A stretch of 64,000 nt of DNA from Eubacteriales bacterium (GTDB taxonomy: Bacteria; Bacillota; Clostridia; Oscillospirales; CAG-272): positions 66,158 through 130,157 of the forward strand of contig JBGVPG010000008.1 of the NCBI GenBank assembly GCA_045126855.1, given 5' to 3'. Both the position numbers and the translations under genes were made by a program. Of the stretch, positions 54,966 to 64,000 are shown one piece after another; within the stretch, counting starts at the first letter, position 1, and each line of letters starts with the position of its first letter. The notes under the pieces are model-generated. The model saw only the letters and a program-made list of their open reading frames with translations, was not told where the DNA came from and ran no database searches.

Positions 54966-57233
54966 TTAGTTGCCCTCGCTGGTAATACCGAGAATATCGT
55001 CACCGTCGATGCTTACGACGGGAGCGCCTTCCTCGGCGTAGATTGTATCAAGATAGAATTGTTCAAGATCCATATTGCGTCTCTCAAGCTCCTTAACGCT
55101 TGCAGCAGCACGGATCTTACCTTTTCTGATAATTGCGATCTTGTCGCAGATCTTCTCAACGACGTCGATGATGTGAGAGGAGAAGAATACGATGTTACCC
55201 TTGGCAGCATGCTCCTTCATACATTCCTTAACCTCGTGAATACTCGTGGGGTCAAGACCTGTGAGGGGCTCGTCCAGGATCCATACCTTGGGATTGTGAA
55301 CCAGGGCCGCCATAATAGCGATCTTCTGCTTCATACCGTGGGAGTAGGTCTTCATCTGGTTATCAAATGCGCCCTGGAGCTGGAAGCGTGTTACCATTCT
55401 CTCAATGGTCTCGTCACGCTCTTCCTTGCTTACGTTGTAAAGGTCAGCTACGTAGTTGATGTACTCACGTCCTGTGAGGTTTTCGTAAAGGGCGTAGTGA
55501 TCGGGAACAAAACCAAGGTTGAGCTTAGCCTGTACTGACTGCTTCTCAACGTCGTAACCGCAGATCTCGATACTGCCCGAGGTAACGGTTTGAATACCAA
55601 CCATGCTCTTGATGATGGTAGACTTTCCTGCACCGTTAGGGCCGAGGAAGCCGAATATCTCGCCGCCACGAACCTTGAAGGAGGCATGATCAACCGAATA
55701 GTGCTTGTTTGCACCGTATATCTTAGAAAACTGCTTTAATTCAATGCAGGGTGAAGCGTCGCCCGAAATAGGCTCGTTCACCGATTTTGCACCGAGGAAT
55801 TCCTGGAAGTCTTTTTTCATCTGTTTGTAATCTCTTTCTCTATTTCTTCTGTCCTCTGCCTTATCCCAGATCTGGAACAGCAGAGCGTACAGGAACCACA
55901 TTCCTGCGGAAATTACCACGTACACGAGGTAGAAAATAACCTGATATACAGGGTAGAAGGTCATTGTAATATTGCCAATGGTTATCTGGGCGGAAATCTC
56001 TCTGATCTTCTCAGCCCAAGGACCAAGCTTATCAACGATGAAGTCACCGTTGAGGAAGAAGAAGTCGGGGTTGTGACCAAGCTCGGTGAACCACGCATTG
56101 CAAATAAGCACGAGGATGAAGTAGCAGGCAAAGGATACCTGTGAATAGAGCCACTCCTTGAATTTCGGACGCTGGAACAATCCGAGAGCAATAAGTAGCA
56201 CGGGCATAAAGAACGCCGCGTAGTGGTTCCACCAGTACATGAAGCGGTATGCCGCAAAGGCGTTGACCTCAGACGGTGTGTTGGGCATCAGCATTGCAAA
56301 GAACGCGCCCATAACGTTGATGAACAGGCAGAAATAGAACACCTTGTCCCACTTGAATATGAGACAGAGGGGAATAATGAACATTGCCGTGTTGCAGAGG
56401 TGCAGGGGCCATGCCCAGGGTTCAAAGATGGTATCAAGGGAATAATGCTCGATAAACGCCCAGGTCATAGCAACCATGAGATATATCATGGCAAATCTCT
56501 TAACCTCATAGCTCTTGTCTTTATAATAAAGGAAGATGAGGATAGGGATGATAAATCCAAGGTAAATTACAAATCTGTGTGCCTCGGTAAGATCCTCGAT
56601 TTTGACACTCTGATCAAGGTAACCGTAGAGCGCCTGGGGAACGTAGGGAGGCATGATGGGAATGATTGCAAAGGGAAGCGTGCCGAGCAGAGACAGAACC
56701 TCATGCTTCGTTGGCAGTCGCTTGTCCGACGTCAGAATGTTCGACAATGCAAGGCTGAGACCGATGACGGTTTCAATTGCAAGGCAAACGAGTCTGGGAT
56801 CACCGGAGGTAAAGGCATTCTTACCTACGATACCGGTGGCATAGATGCCAAACAGGGCAACGTCAAGAATAAGAATCGGTACTGAGAAGAAGCGAACGAT
56901 ATTGTTGAGAGTAACAAATTTATAAAACTCATTCATCACAATGGTGAAGAGTGCTGCCCAGGTGAACCAGATGAGGAGAACTGCGATAAAGGTAAGATGC
57001 ATCTGATCACCAAATGGGATCTCATAACCGGGAAGCAGAGTCATATTAAGACCGCGGACCCAGTAGACCGCCTCTCTCTCCGACATATATCGGTAAAAGG
57101 CAACAAGACAGAGGGCCGCAACCGCAATCTTCCTTATAACAGGAAGGAAACGAAGCTTGTTATTTGCAAAATATGCTCCTGCTGTGAGAATGGCTGTTGC
57201 GAGGATAATAATCAAAGAATAAGTTAAAGCCAT
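54966..57233 (-). CDS. fusion of ~470-aa polytopic membrane domain to C-terminal ABC ATPase
   Basis: 755 aa; Walker A GPNGAGKST, signature SHGMKQK, Walker B ILDEPLTGLD; N-terminal half has ~12 TM helices with a WPLHLCN motif. Confidence 0.85.
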   Translation of the reverse strand: MALTYSLIIILATAILTAGAYFANNKLRFLPVIRKIAVAALCLVAFYRYMSEREAVYWVRGLNMTLLPGYEIPFGDQMHLTFIAVLLIWFTWAALFTIVMNEFYKFVTLNNIVRFFSVPILILDVALFGIYATGIVGKNAFTSGDPRLVCLAIETVIGLSLALSNILTSDKRLPTKHEVLSLLGTLPFAIIPIMPPYVPQALYGYLDQSVKIEDLTEAHRFVIYLGFIIPILIFLYYKDKSYEVKRFAMIYLMVAMTWAFIEHYSLDTIFEPWAWPLHLCNTAMFIIPLCLIFKWDKVFYFCLFINVMGAFFAMLMPNTPSEVNAFAAYRFMYWWNHYAAFFMPVLLIALGLFQRPKFKEWLYSQVSFACYFILVLICNAWFTELGHNPDFFFLNGDFIVDKLGPWAEKIREISAQITIGNITMTFYPVYQVIFYLVYVVISAGMWFLYALLFQIWDKAEDRRNRERDYKQMKKDFQEFLGAKSVNEPISGDASPCIELKQFSKIYGANKHYSVDHASFKVRGGEIFGFLGPNGAGKSTIIKSMVGIQTVTSGSIEICGYDVEKQSVQAKLNLGFVPDHYALYENLTGREYINYVADLYNVSKEERDETIERMVTRFQLQGAFDNQMKTYSHGMKQKIAIMAALVHNPKVWILDEPLTGLDPTSIHEVKECMKEHAAKGNIVFFSSHIIDVVEKICDKIAIIRKGKIRAAASVKELERRNMDLEQFYLDTIYAEEGAPVVSIDGDDILGITSEGN

Positions 57234-57298
57234 AAAAACCTCTAATATATATTTTGGACAAATTGCTGAAAAACCTGTCCATATTTTCGTACATTAAC

Positions 57299-57327
57299 AT
57301 TATATATCAGGCGCGCATATAAGTCAA
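57299..57327 (-). promoter_or_regulatory. sigma-A type promoter of the ABC/lipoprotein operon
   Basis: minus strand TTGACT (57327-57322), 17 nt, TATAAT (57304-57299). Confidence 0.5.
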
Positions 57328-57371
57328 TATATATAATTCTTAAACATTCTTAAATTTTTAGTCGAAAACAT

Positions 57372-57398
57372 AAAAAAGACCGTTGTAAACAACGGTCT
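57372..57398 (-). terminator. intrinsic terminator after ruvB
   Basis: AGACCGTTG / CAACGGTCT stem, T-run on minus strand. Confidence 0.7.
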
Positions 57399-57411
57399 TA
57401 ATTATAACTCT

Positions 57412-58485
57412 TTAGTTATCCAGCTCCATCATCTTCTGACCGAAAACCTGATTCCCGTTAGTTACGAACGGAATGCCAAGATGATCGTATGCAAGCTTGG
57501 TGACGCATCTTCCGCGAGGAGTTCTTGCCAAAAAGCCGATCTGCATGAGATAAGGCTCATATACGTCCTCAATGGTCACGGTTTCCTCTCCAATCGTTGC
57601 TGCCAGTGTATCCAAACCAACAGGACCTCCGCCGTAATACTTTATTATCGCTTCAAGGAGACGGCGGTCTATATTATCGAGGCCGAGCTCGTCTATTTCG
57701 AGAGACTCTAATGCATATTTCGCTATATCGGACGTAATGGTTCCGTTACCCTTTACAAGGGCAAAATCACGTACACGCTTTAAAAGTCGGTTAGCAATTC
57801 TCGGGGTACCGCGCGATCTTGATGCGATGCTGTACGCACCGTCGTCGGTTATTGCAATATCAAGAATGGTTGCAGAACGTTTTACGATCGTTGCAAGCTC
57901 CTCAGGGGTGTAAAGCTCAAGCTTCAGCAGAACACCAAATCTGTCACGCAGAGGTGTTGTAAGCTGACCTGCACGGGTCGTCGCACCAATGAGGGTGAAT
58001 TTCGGTATAGGCATATGAATAGTTCTTGCGCTCGGACCCTTGCCAATAATAATATCTATGGCATAATCCTCCATAGCAGGGTAGAGAATCTCCTCTGCAA
58101 CGCGGGATAAACGATGAATTTCGTCAATGAAGAGAACGTCACCGGGGGCAAGATTCGTAAGTATTGCTGCAAGGTCGCCTGCCTTTTCAATAGCAGGGCC
58201 TGACGTAGTGCGGATGTTGACCCCCATTTCATTCGCAATTATGGCGGAAAGGGTGGTCTTACCAAGACCGGGAGGGCCGTAGAGCAAAACGTGGTCAAGG
58301 GGCTCTCCACGAAGCTTCGCACTTTCAATATATATCTTCAAATTTGATTTCGCCTTGTCCTGACCAACGTATTCCTCGAGGGTCTTGGGACGCAGACAAT
58401 TCTCAACGTCTCCGTCGGAGATTGAGTCATATTCGTTTGACAGAATTCGGTTTTCAAAATCGAATTCGTTTACTTCTTCCATCAT
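57412..58485 (-). CDS. ruvB: Holliday junction branch migration ATPase
   Basis: 357 aa; Walker [10 protein letters not shown], Walker B IDEIHR, sensor motifs. Confidence 0.95.
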   Translation of the reverse strand: MMEEVNEFDFENRILSNEYDSISDGDVENCLRPKTLEEYVGQDKAKSNLKIYIESAKLRGEPLDHVLLYGPPGLGKTTLSAIIANEMGVNIRTTSGPAIEKAGDLAAILTNLAPGDVLFIDEIHRLSRVAEEILYPAMEDYAIDIIIGKGPSARTIHMPIPKFTLIGATTRAGQLTTPLRDRFGVLLKLELYTPEELATIVKRSATILDIAITDDGAYSIASRSRGTPRIANRLLKRVRDFALVKGNGTITSDIAKYALESLEIDELGLDNIDRRLLEAIIKYYGGGPVGLDTLAATIGEETVTIEDVYEPYLMQIGFLARTPRGRCVTKLAYDHLGIPFVTNGNQVFGQKMMELDN

Positions 58486-58505
58486 AAAAAATGAGTCCTT
58501 TCAGC

Positions 58506-59120
58506 TTATCTTGCAAGCTTCTTGAGAGCCAGTCTTATTATCTCACCGGTGTCGGTGATAGAGGGGTCGATTCCCTTGAGAATAGAGAGTGCCGTGGTCT
58601 TGTCATAACCCAAAACAGTAAGCGCTTCTGCGGCTTCGGAAATCGCATAACTCGGAACATAAACCGAGGCAGAAGCGGAAAAGTCGCCGCTTGCAATATC
58701 TGCTTCGAGCATTTCCTTCGACATTTTATCCTTGAGCTCAAGAATGATTCTTGCGGCGGATTTTGCGCCTATTCCGTTGGCCTTTGCGATCGCTTTTTTG
58801 TCCTCGGTGCAGATAGCAACTGCAAGCTTTTCAGGAGTCATTGTGGAGAGAATACTCATAGCCGCCTTGGGGCCTATTCCACTCACAGAGGTAAGTCTGT
58901 TAAAGCATTCTTTTTCCTCGTTTGATCCAAAGCCAAACAGCTCAATACCGTCCTCTCTTACGGCAAGATGTGTGTAAAGCTTAACGGTTTTTCCGAGCTT
59001 TGAAGCATAGGCTTCGGAGGTAAGAAGGCTGACTGTCAGCTTATATCCAACGCCGCCGCAATCGATAACGCAGCAGCTTATATCTCTGTATGCAAGCTCG
59101 CCCTGCAGGTAATAGAACAT
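58506..59120 (-). CDS. ruvA: Holliday junction DNA-binding protein
   Basis: 204 aa; OB-fold N-terminus MFYYLQGEL, HhH motifs SVSGIGPK / ANGIGAKSA. Confidence 0.95.
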   Translation of the reverse strand: MFYYLQGELAYRDISCCVIDCGGVGYKLTVSLLTSEAYASKLGKTVKLYTHLAVREDGIELFGFGSNEEKECFNRLTSVSGIGPKAAMSILSTMTPEKLAVAICTEDKKAIAKANGIGAKSAARIILELKDKMSKEMLEADIASGDFSASASVYVPSYAISEAAEALTVLGYDKTTALSILKGIDPSITDTGEIIRLALKKLAR

Positions 59121-59300
59121 ATTTTTCTCCCTTCGTGTTGAGTCATAGGATTGTAGACGTTTAACGACATAATTTCACAAGTATATAATACCATATTCTT
59201 TTGTTTTTTTCAAGTCGCTTTTTGCAATTATCCGTACTTTTTTACAAAAGTTGCAAAATGAATAAAAATTCGTTTTTTATGCAAAATGTTTTTAAATCGG

Positions 59301-59329
59301 TTGACATTTTATTTTTTATGATATATAAT
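59301..59329 (+). promoter_or_regulatory. sigma-A type promoter of nusB operon
   Basis: TTGACA 59301-59306, 17 nt, TATAAT 59324-59329. Confidence 0.55.
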
Positions 59330-59365
59330 AGTGTAAATACATTTTTATTTTGCGAGGACAAATTT

Positions 59366-59776
59366 ATGCAGAGAAAACAGGCTAGAGAAAACGCATTTAT
59401 GCTTATATTCGAGAGCGTTTGCAAGAGCGATGAAACTGCTGAGGAGATTTTCAGCAAGGCTACCGAGCTTCGTGGACTTGAATATGACCAGTACGTGACC
59501 GACGTATTTTTCGGCGCATATGAGAATGCCGCACTTCTAGATGAAAAAATGGAGAAGCACCTCAAGGGATGGAAGAAGGAGAGAATTTCTCCCGTTTCCT
59601 TGGCAACGCTACGTCTCGGATGCTATGAGATGCTCTTTATGGAGGACATTCCTGCCAAGGTTAGCATTAACGAGGCGGTTGAGCTTTCCAAGAAATACGA
59701 TGACGAAAAGTCCTACTCCTTTGTTAACGGTGTGCTTAATGCAGTTGCAAACGATATAAGCGCCAATGAAAAATAA
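59366..59776 (+). CDS. nusB: transcription antitermination factor NusB
   Basis: start ATG 59366 (MQRKQARENAFMLIFE), 136 aa; the track ORF begins upstream of the promoter. Confidence 0.9.
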   Translation: MQRKQARENAFMLIFESVCKSDETAEEIFSKATELRGLEYDQYVTDVFFGAYENAALLDEKMEKHLKGWKKERISPVSLATLRLGCYEMLFMEDIPAKVSINEAVELSKKYDDEKSYSFVNGVLNAVANDISANEK

Positions 59777-60728
59777 TTCTGTGGTGCTGGGCATTGACAC
59801 CAGCAATTATACCACGTCTGTTGCTATTGTCGGCATTAACGGTGAGCTTATTGCAAACCTGAAAATGCCACTGCGTGTTAAGGAGGGTGAGCGTGGGCTT
59901 CGCCAGTCTGACGCACTATTCAGCCACACCGTAAATATCCCACAGCTTATGAAGCAGGCAGGGGAATACCTATGTGGAAAAGACGTTGTGGCAATCGGTG
60001 TCAGCGAAAAGCCCCGTAACGTCGAGGGCTCGTATATGCCTTGCTTTCTTGCAGGTGTTGCAGCTGCCGAAAGCATAGCTCAGACTATGCATTTGCCTTT
60101 GTATCGATTTTCTCATCAGTGCGGTCACGTTATGGCTGCACTTTATTCATCGAAAAGCGACGAGCTTCTTGAACGGGATTTTGCTGCCTTTCATATTTCC
60201 GGCGGTACGACAGAGCTTGTAAGGGTTAGAAACGTCGACGGTTGCTTCCAAACAGAGCTGGTGGGAGGAACTGCAGATCTTAACGCAGGTCAGGTTATCG
60301 ACAGAATCGGTGTGTATCTTGGTATGCCTTTTCCTGCAGGACCCCACATGGAAGAGGCGGCGCTTACCAATACAAAGAAAATACCCAAAAAGAAACTGTC
60401 TGTAAACGGAATGAAAATAAACCTTTCAGGTCTTGAGAACATGGCGGTAACGCTTTATAAGGAGAGTAATGATAAGTCTCTTGTGGCAGCTTTTGTCTTT
60501 GATTACGTTGCACGTGCAATATCTGCTATGATAGATGCCTATGAAACGGAATATGGCAAGGGCAGGATTCTCTGCGCGGGCGGAGTAATGTGTAATCGTA
60601 TAATAAAGGATATGCTTTCATCGAAATATGACGTTGCGTTTGCCGAGCCGGCTATGTCCGCCGACAATGCAGTTGGATGCGCATGCCTTGCGTTGAGAGC
60701 GTTCAAATCGGAGAATAACTGTGATTGA
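59766..60728 (+). CDS. Kae1/TsaD-family (M22 glycoprotease-like) ASKHA protein
   Basis: 320 aa; GIDTSNYTTSVAIV, metal motif HQCGH, ISGGTTEL. Confidence 0.75.
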   Translation: MKNNSVVLGIDTSNYTTSVAIVGINGELIANLKMPLRVKEGERGLRQSDALFSHTVNIPQLMKQAGEYLCGKDVVAIGVSEKPRNVEGSYMPCFLAGVAAAESIAQTMHLPLYRFSHQCGHVMAALYSSKSDELLERDFAAFHISGGTTELVRVRNVDGCFQTELVGGTADLNAGQVIDRIGVYLGMPFPAGPHMEEAALTNTKKIPKKKLSVNGMKINLSGLENMAVTLYKESNDKSLVAAFVFDYVARAISAMIDAYETEYGKGRILCAGGVMCNRIIKDMLSSKYDVAFAEPAMSADNAVGCACLALRAFKSENNCD

Positions 60729-61959
60729 TATTAATTCACTCAGAGAGCGTGACAATATCGATATCTTTTCGGTATCATCGCTTAATGAGTATATAAAAAG
60801 TATTTTTGAAAATAATAGGACCCTTAGTTCTGTCACCGTCAGGGGAGAGATATCCAATTTTACTAACCATAGGAGCGGACATCTTTACTTTTCTCTCAAA
60901 GATGGAGGCGGGCAGGTCAGGGCGGTTATGTTCCGTTCCCGTGCTGCAGGACTAAAATTTATGCCCGAGTCGGGTATGAAGGTCATTGTTCATGGCTCCG
61001 TCAGCGTTTTCCCAAGAGACGGCTCCTATCAGATATACGTATCCTCAATGCAACCCGACGGAATCGGGGCGCTGTACCTTGCTTACGAGCAAATGAAGGC
61101 TCGCCTTGCCGAGGAGGGCTTGTTCGATGAGGCGCATAAGCAGCCTATACCTGCTTTCCCGAGGCGTATCGGCGTTATTACGTCTCCTACGGGTGCGGCA
61201 GTCCGTGACATTATTAACGTCACGGGTCGAAGATATCCTTTGGCTGACGTATATCTTTATCCTGCCCTTGTACAAGGCTCGGGAGCCGAGGCAAGTCTTG
61301 TAAAAGCACTTGATTATCTTGATAAATCAGGACTATGCGACGTAATTATTATCGGTCGTGGTGGAGGATCAATAGAGGATCTGTGGGCGTTTAACAGCGA
61401 AATCCTGGCAAGGCGTATTTATTCTGCCGTTACGCCGGTTATTTCTGCCGTAGGTCACGAGACCGATTTCACAATATGCGATTTTGTGGCAGATATGCGT
61501 GCGCCAACACCGTCAGCGGCAGCAGAGCTTGCCGTACCCGATAAACGAGAGCTTCTAATGCAGATTGACCGCCTGGACGAAAGACTTTCCGCAGCTCTTG
61601 TGCGTTCTGTTACACGGGCGAGAGAAAGGCTTGAATCGCTCTCCGAGCGTATAGCAGGCGACGTACTTTTACGTCAGCTTTCAGCAAAGCGTGATGAGGT
61701 CGACAGACTTCAGGAAAAGGCGTTATTACTTATGAAGGGCGTTCTCCGTGAAAAAAGAGAGAGACTTTCATCTTTTGCAGGAAGGGCAGATGCATTAAGC
61801 CCTTTATCTACGCTTTCCAGGGGTTATTCCTTGGCAGAGCACGATAATAAGATCGTTGCGAGAGTAAATGACCTGAACGTGGGTGATAAACTTTCCGTCA
61901 TAATGCACGACGGACGGGTAGAAACCGAGGTAGTTGAGATTAAGGGAGATAAAGAATGA
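60721..61959 (+). CDS. xseA: exodeoxyribonuclease VII large subunit
   Basis: 412 aa, GTG start; OB-fold N-terminus (V.GEISNF..H.SGH.YFSLKD), RGGGS.EDLW.FN motif. Confidence 0.9.
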   Translation: MIDINSLRERDNIDIFSVSSLNEYIKSIFENNRTLSSVTVRGEISNFTNHRSGHLYFSLKDGGGQVRAVMFRSRAAGLKFMPESGMKVIVHGSVSVFPRDGSYQIYVSSMQPDGIGALYLAYEQMKARLAEEGLFDEAHKQPIPAFPRRIGVITSPTGAAVRDIINVTGRRYPLADVYLYPALVQGSGAEASLVKALDYLDKSGLCDVIIIGRGGGSIEDLWAFNSEILARRIYSAVTPVISAVGHETDFTICDFVADMRAPTPSAAAELAVPDKRELLMQIDRLDERLSAALVRSVTRARERLESLSERIAGDVLLRQLSAKRDEVDRLQEKALLLMKGVLREKRERLSSFAGRADALSPLSTLSRGYSLAEHDNKIVARVNDLNVGDKLSVIMHDGRVETEVVEIKGDKE

Positions 61960-62189
61960 AGAATATAGATTTTGAATCAGCAATACTGAAGCTTGAGAGC
62001 GAGGTTAAAAAGCTTGAATCGGGCAATATGTCGCTTGACGAGTCCATAAAGGCCTTTGAAGAAGCGGTGAAGCTCGTTAAGGTGTGTAACGAGAGGCTTG
62101 AATCGGCGGAGCGCAGAGTTCGTATTTTGACCGAGGGAACTGACGGCAGTATTACCGATATGCCTTTTGAGAGCGACTATGAGGCTTGA
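61956..62189 (+). CDS. xseB: exodeoxyribonuclease VII small subunit
   Basis: 77 aa; helical, ...LESG..SLDES...FEE...L; coupled to xseA (ATGA overlap). Confidence 0.9.
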   Translation: MKNIDFESAILKLESEVKKLESGNMSLDESIKAFEEAVKLVKVCNERLESAERRVRILTEGTDGSITDMPFESDYEA

Positions 62190-62910
62190 CGTTTATCTAG
62201 CCGATAACGGCTTGGTTGACAGCCGCACCGATGCAAAGAAGTTTATTATTGCAGGATCGGTGAAGGTCAATGGTGTCTCCGTAACTAAGCCTGCCTTTGA
62301 CGTTGATGGAGCCGAGGAGATTACGGTTGACAAAAGCTCGAAAAAGTACGTCAGCAGGGGTGGTTTGAAGCTGGAGGGAGCCCTTGATAGTTTTGGGATC
62401 AATACCGAAGGTGTATATGCCATCGATATTGGCGCATCCAGCGGCGGATTCACAGACTGCCTATTAAAGCGTGGAGCCATGCACGTCATTGCCGTCGATT
62501 CTGGATCGGGGCAGATGGTTGAATCGTTGAGAGCCGACCCACGCGTAACTGTAATTGAAAATTTTAACGCAAGATATATGAGTCCGTCGGATTTTGAATA
62601 TACACCGACCCTTGCCGTTATGGACGTTTCGTTCATTTCCGCAAAGCATATTATTCCTGCCGTTGCATCTATTCTTTCGGATGACGGAGAATACGTTTGC
62701 TTAATAAAGCCTCAGTTTGAGGTGGGAAGATCGGGACTTAATAAGAAGGGTATTGTAAAAAATGATACTCTTCGCAAGAATGCGATAAATGACGTGTTGG
62801 ATTTTGCCGCTTGCTGTGGCTTCGACACAGTTGGCGTAATTGAATCGCCAATTTTAGGTGGCGACGGAAACACAGAATATCTCGCTCATTTTAAGAAAAG
62901 AAAAGTTTAA
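62179..62910 (+). CDS. tlyA: TlyA-family rRNA 2'-O-methyltransferase (S4 + FtsJ-like domains)
   Basis: start ATG 62179 (MRLDVYL); S4 domain, SAM motif DIGASSGGFTDCLL. Confidence 0.85.
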   Translation: MRLDVYLADNGLVDSRTDAKKFIIAGSVKVNGVSVTKPAFDVDGAEEITVDKSSKKYVSRGGLKLEGALDSFGINTEGVYAIDIGASSGGFTDCLLKRGAMHVIAVDSGSGQMVESLRADPRVTVIENFNARYMSPSDFEYTPTLAVMDVSFISAKHIIPAVASILSDDGEYVCLIKPQFEVGRSGLNKKGIVKNDTLRKNAINDVLDFAACCGFDTVGVIESPILGGDGNTEYLAHFKKRKV

Positions 62911-62937
62911 TGCTTACTTGAAAGGAACGCATTTGTT

Positions 62938-63399
62938 ATGAAAAACGCAAGACAGCAGAAGATTTTGGAGCTTATTGAGAAGTATGATATTGATACTCAG
63001 GATACCCTTATCCGAAAGCTCGCAGAGGAGGGTTACTCGGTAACTCAGACCACAGCATCAAGAGATATCCGACAGCTTAATCTTATCAAGGGCGTTACTG
63101 CCAATGGAACCTATAAATACATAGCCCCCAAAGCGGTTATAGCACACGAAAGTAAAACTCCCGTGCTCAATTCCTCCATTACCGATGCGGTTATCAAGGT
63201 TGAGGCGGCAGGTCATATCGTTGTTGTCAGAACCTTCTCGGGCATGGCAAACGCTATTGCCGTTTGCTTCGATTCTCTTCACAAGGACAATATCGTCGGC
63301 TCGGTTGCAGGTGACGACACCATCCTCCTTGTAGTTAAAACCAGCCAGGGTGCATTGGAACTTGAGGCTGAGCTCAGAGAAATATTCAAGATAAAGTAA
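62938..63399 (+). CDS. argR: arginine repressor
   Basis: 153 aa; winged-helix N-terminus QQKILELI...TQTTASRDIRQL, C-terminal GDDTILLV. Confidence 0.9.
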   Translation: MKNARQQKILELIEKYDIDTQDTLIRKLAEEGYSVTQTTASRDIRQLNLIKGVTANGTYKYIAPKAVIAHESKTPVLNSSITDAVIKVEAAGHIVVVRTFSGMANAIAVCFDSLHKDNIVGSVAGDDTILLVVKTSQGALELEAELREIFKIK

Positions 63400-63422
63400 G
63401 GCAGAGTCTTTGGAGATATAAA

Positions 63423-64000
63423 ATGCTACTTTCGTTGCATATAGAAAACATAGCAGTAATTAAATTCTGCGATTTTGATTTTACCGAGGGATTTATGGTT
63501 CTTACGGGTGAGACGGGTGCAGGAAAATCCATAGTAATAGATAGCATAAATCTTCTTCTCGGCGGTAAGGGTGAGCGTGAGCTGATCAGGCACGGCGAGC
63601 CATATGCTATGGTCAGCGGCCTTTTTGGGGAGCTTTCGGATTATACACGTGAGAGACTTTTTGAGCTTGGTATAACTCCTGATGATGAGGGAAGCATTCT
63701 TGTTCAGCGTACGTTAGGCGCTGATGGAAAGAATAAAATTACTCTCAATGGCAGGAGCGTCAGTCTCGCTATTCTGAAAAGCATTATGCCTTATCTCGTT
63801 AATATTCACGGTCAGAGCGATACGCAAAGCCTTTTTAACTCGAAAAATCATCTTTCGCTTATCGACGTATACGCAGGATGCACAGATTTGCTTGGCGAGT
63901 ACAGAAATGCATTTTCCGAGCTTGAGTCTGTAAGACGAGAGAAGGCCGAGCTTATTAATCGCTCCCGTGAGGGTGAGAGAATGAAGGAGATCCTCGAATA
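63423..64000 (+). CDS. recN: DNA repair protein RecN (5' part, runs off window)
   Basis: not in ORF track (no stop in window); MLLSLHIENIAVIKF...VLTGETGAGKS Walker A; GGAG RBS; follows argR as in other Firmicutes. Confidence 0.85.
   Translation, partial: MLLSLHIENIAVIKFCDFDFTEGFMVLTGETGAGKSIVIDSINLLLGGKGERELIRHGEPYAMVSGLFGELSDYTRERLFELGITPDDEGSILVQRTLGADGKNKITLNGRSVSLAILKSIMPYLVNIHGQSDTQSLFNSKNHLSLIDVYAGCTDLLGEYRNAFSELESVRREKAELINRSREGERMKEILE

Overview
Chromosomal window from a low-GC Gram-positive, Clostridia-like bacterium. Evidence: canonical TTGACA-17-TATAAT promoters, GGAGG ribosome-binding sites, an SLH-domain surface protein and an S-box riboswitch. Species cannot be assigned without a database search. 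There are about 55 protein genes, nearly all core: ligA, a type IIA topoisomerase B subunit, gpmI, a four-gene metallopeptidase cluster, recD2, an MreB-like actin, a compact dcw cluster (mraZ-rsmH-[membrane protein]-pbp-murE-murF-mraY-ftsW-murG-ftsZ), ispDF, rpe, uxaBAC, SAM-riboswitch-controlled metK, ruvAB and the nusB-xseAB-tlyA-argR-recN block. Two parts look non-core. (i) Two sequence-identical tRNA-Leu(GAG) genes lie in inverted orientation 31 kb apart. Each is followed by a mosaic of short structured modules (named A, B, C, D here) that end in copies of the tRNA 3' end. At one of them a ~2.9-kb cassette bracketed by direct TGGTGCG repeats carries a single 875-aa SF2 helicase with an internal membrane hairpin and an unassigned C-terminal domain, and no recombinase. 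(ii) A four-gene operon encodes a polytopic-membrane-domain::ABC-ATPase fusion, a multi-TM permease, a membrane-anchored Ig-like protein and a 1,048-aa Ig-repeat lipoprotein. I see no CRISPR array, rRNA, transposase, integrase or recognisable known defence system. The many very long antisense ORFs in the track are codon-aligned shadows caused by near-absence of TTA/CTA/TCA codons, not genes. All domain assignments come from reading motifs by eye. No database or folding computation was run.
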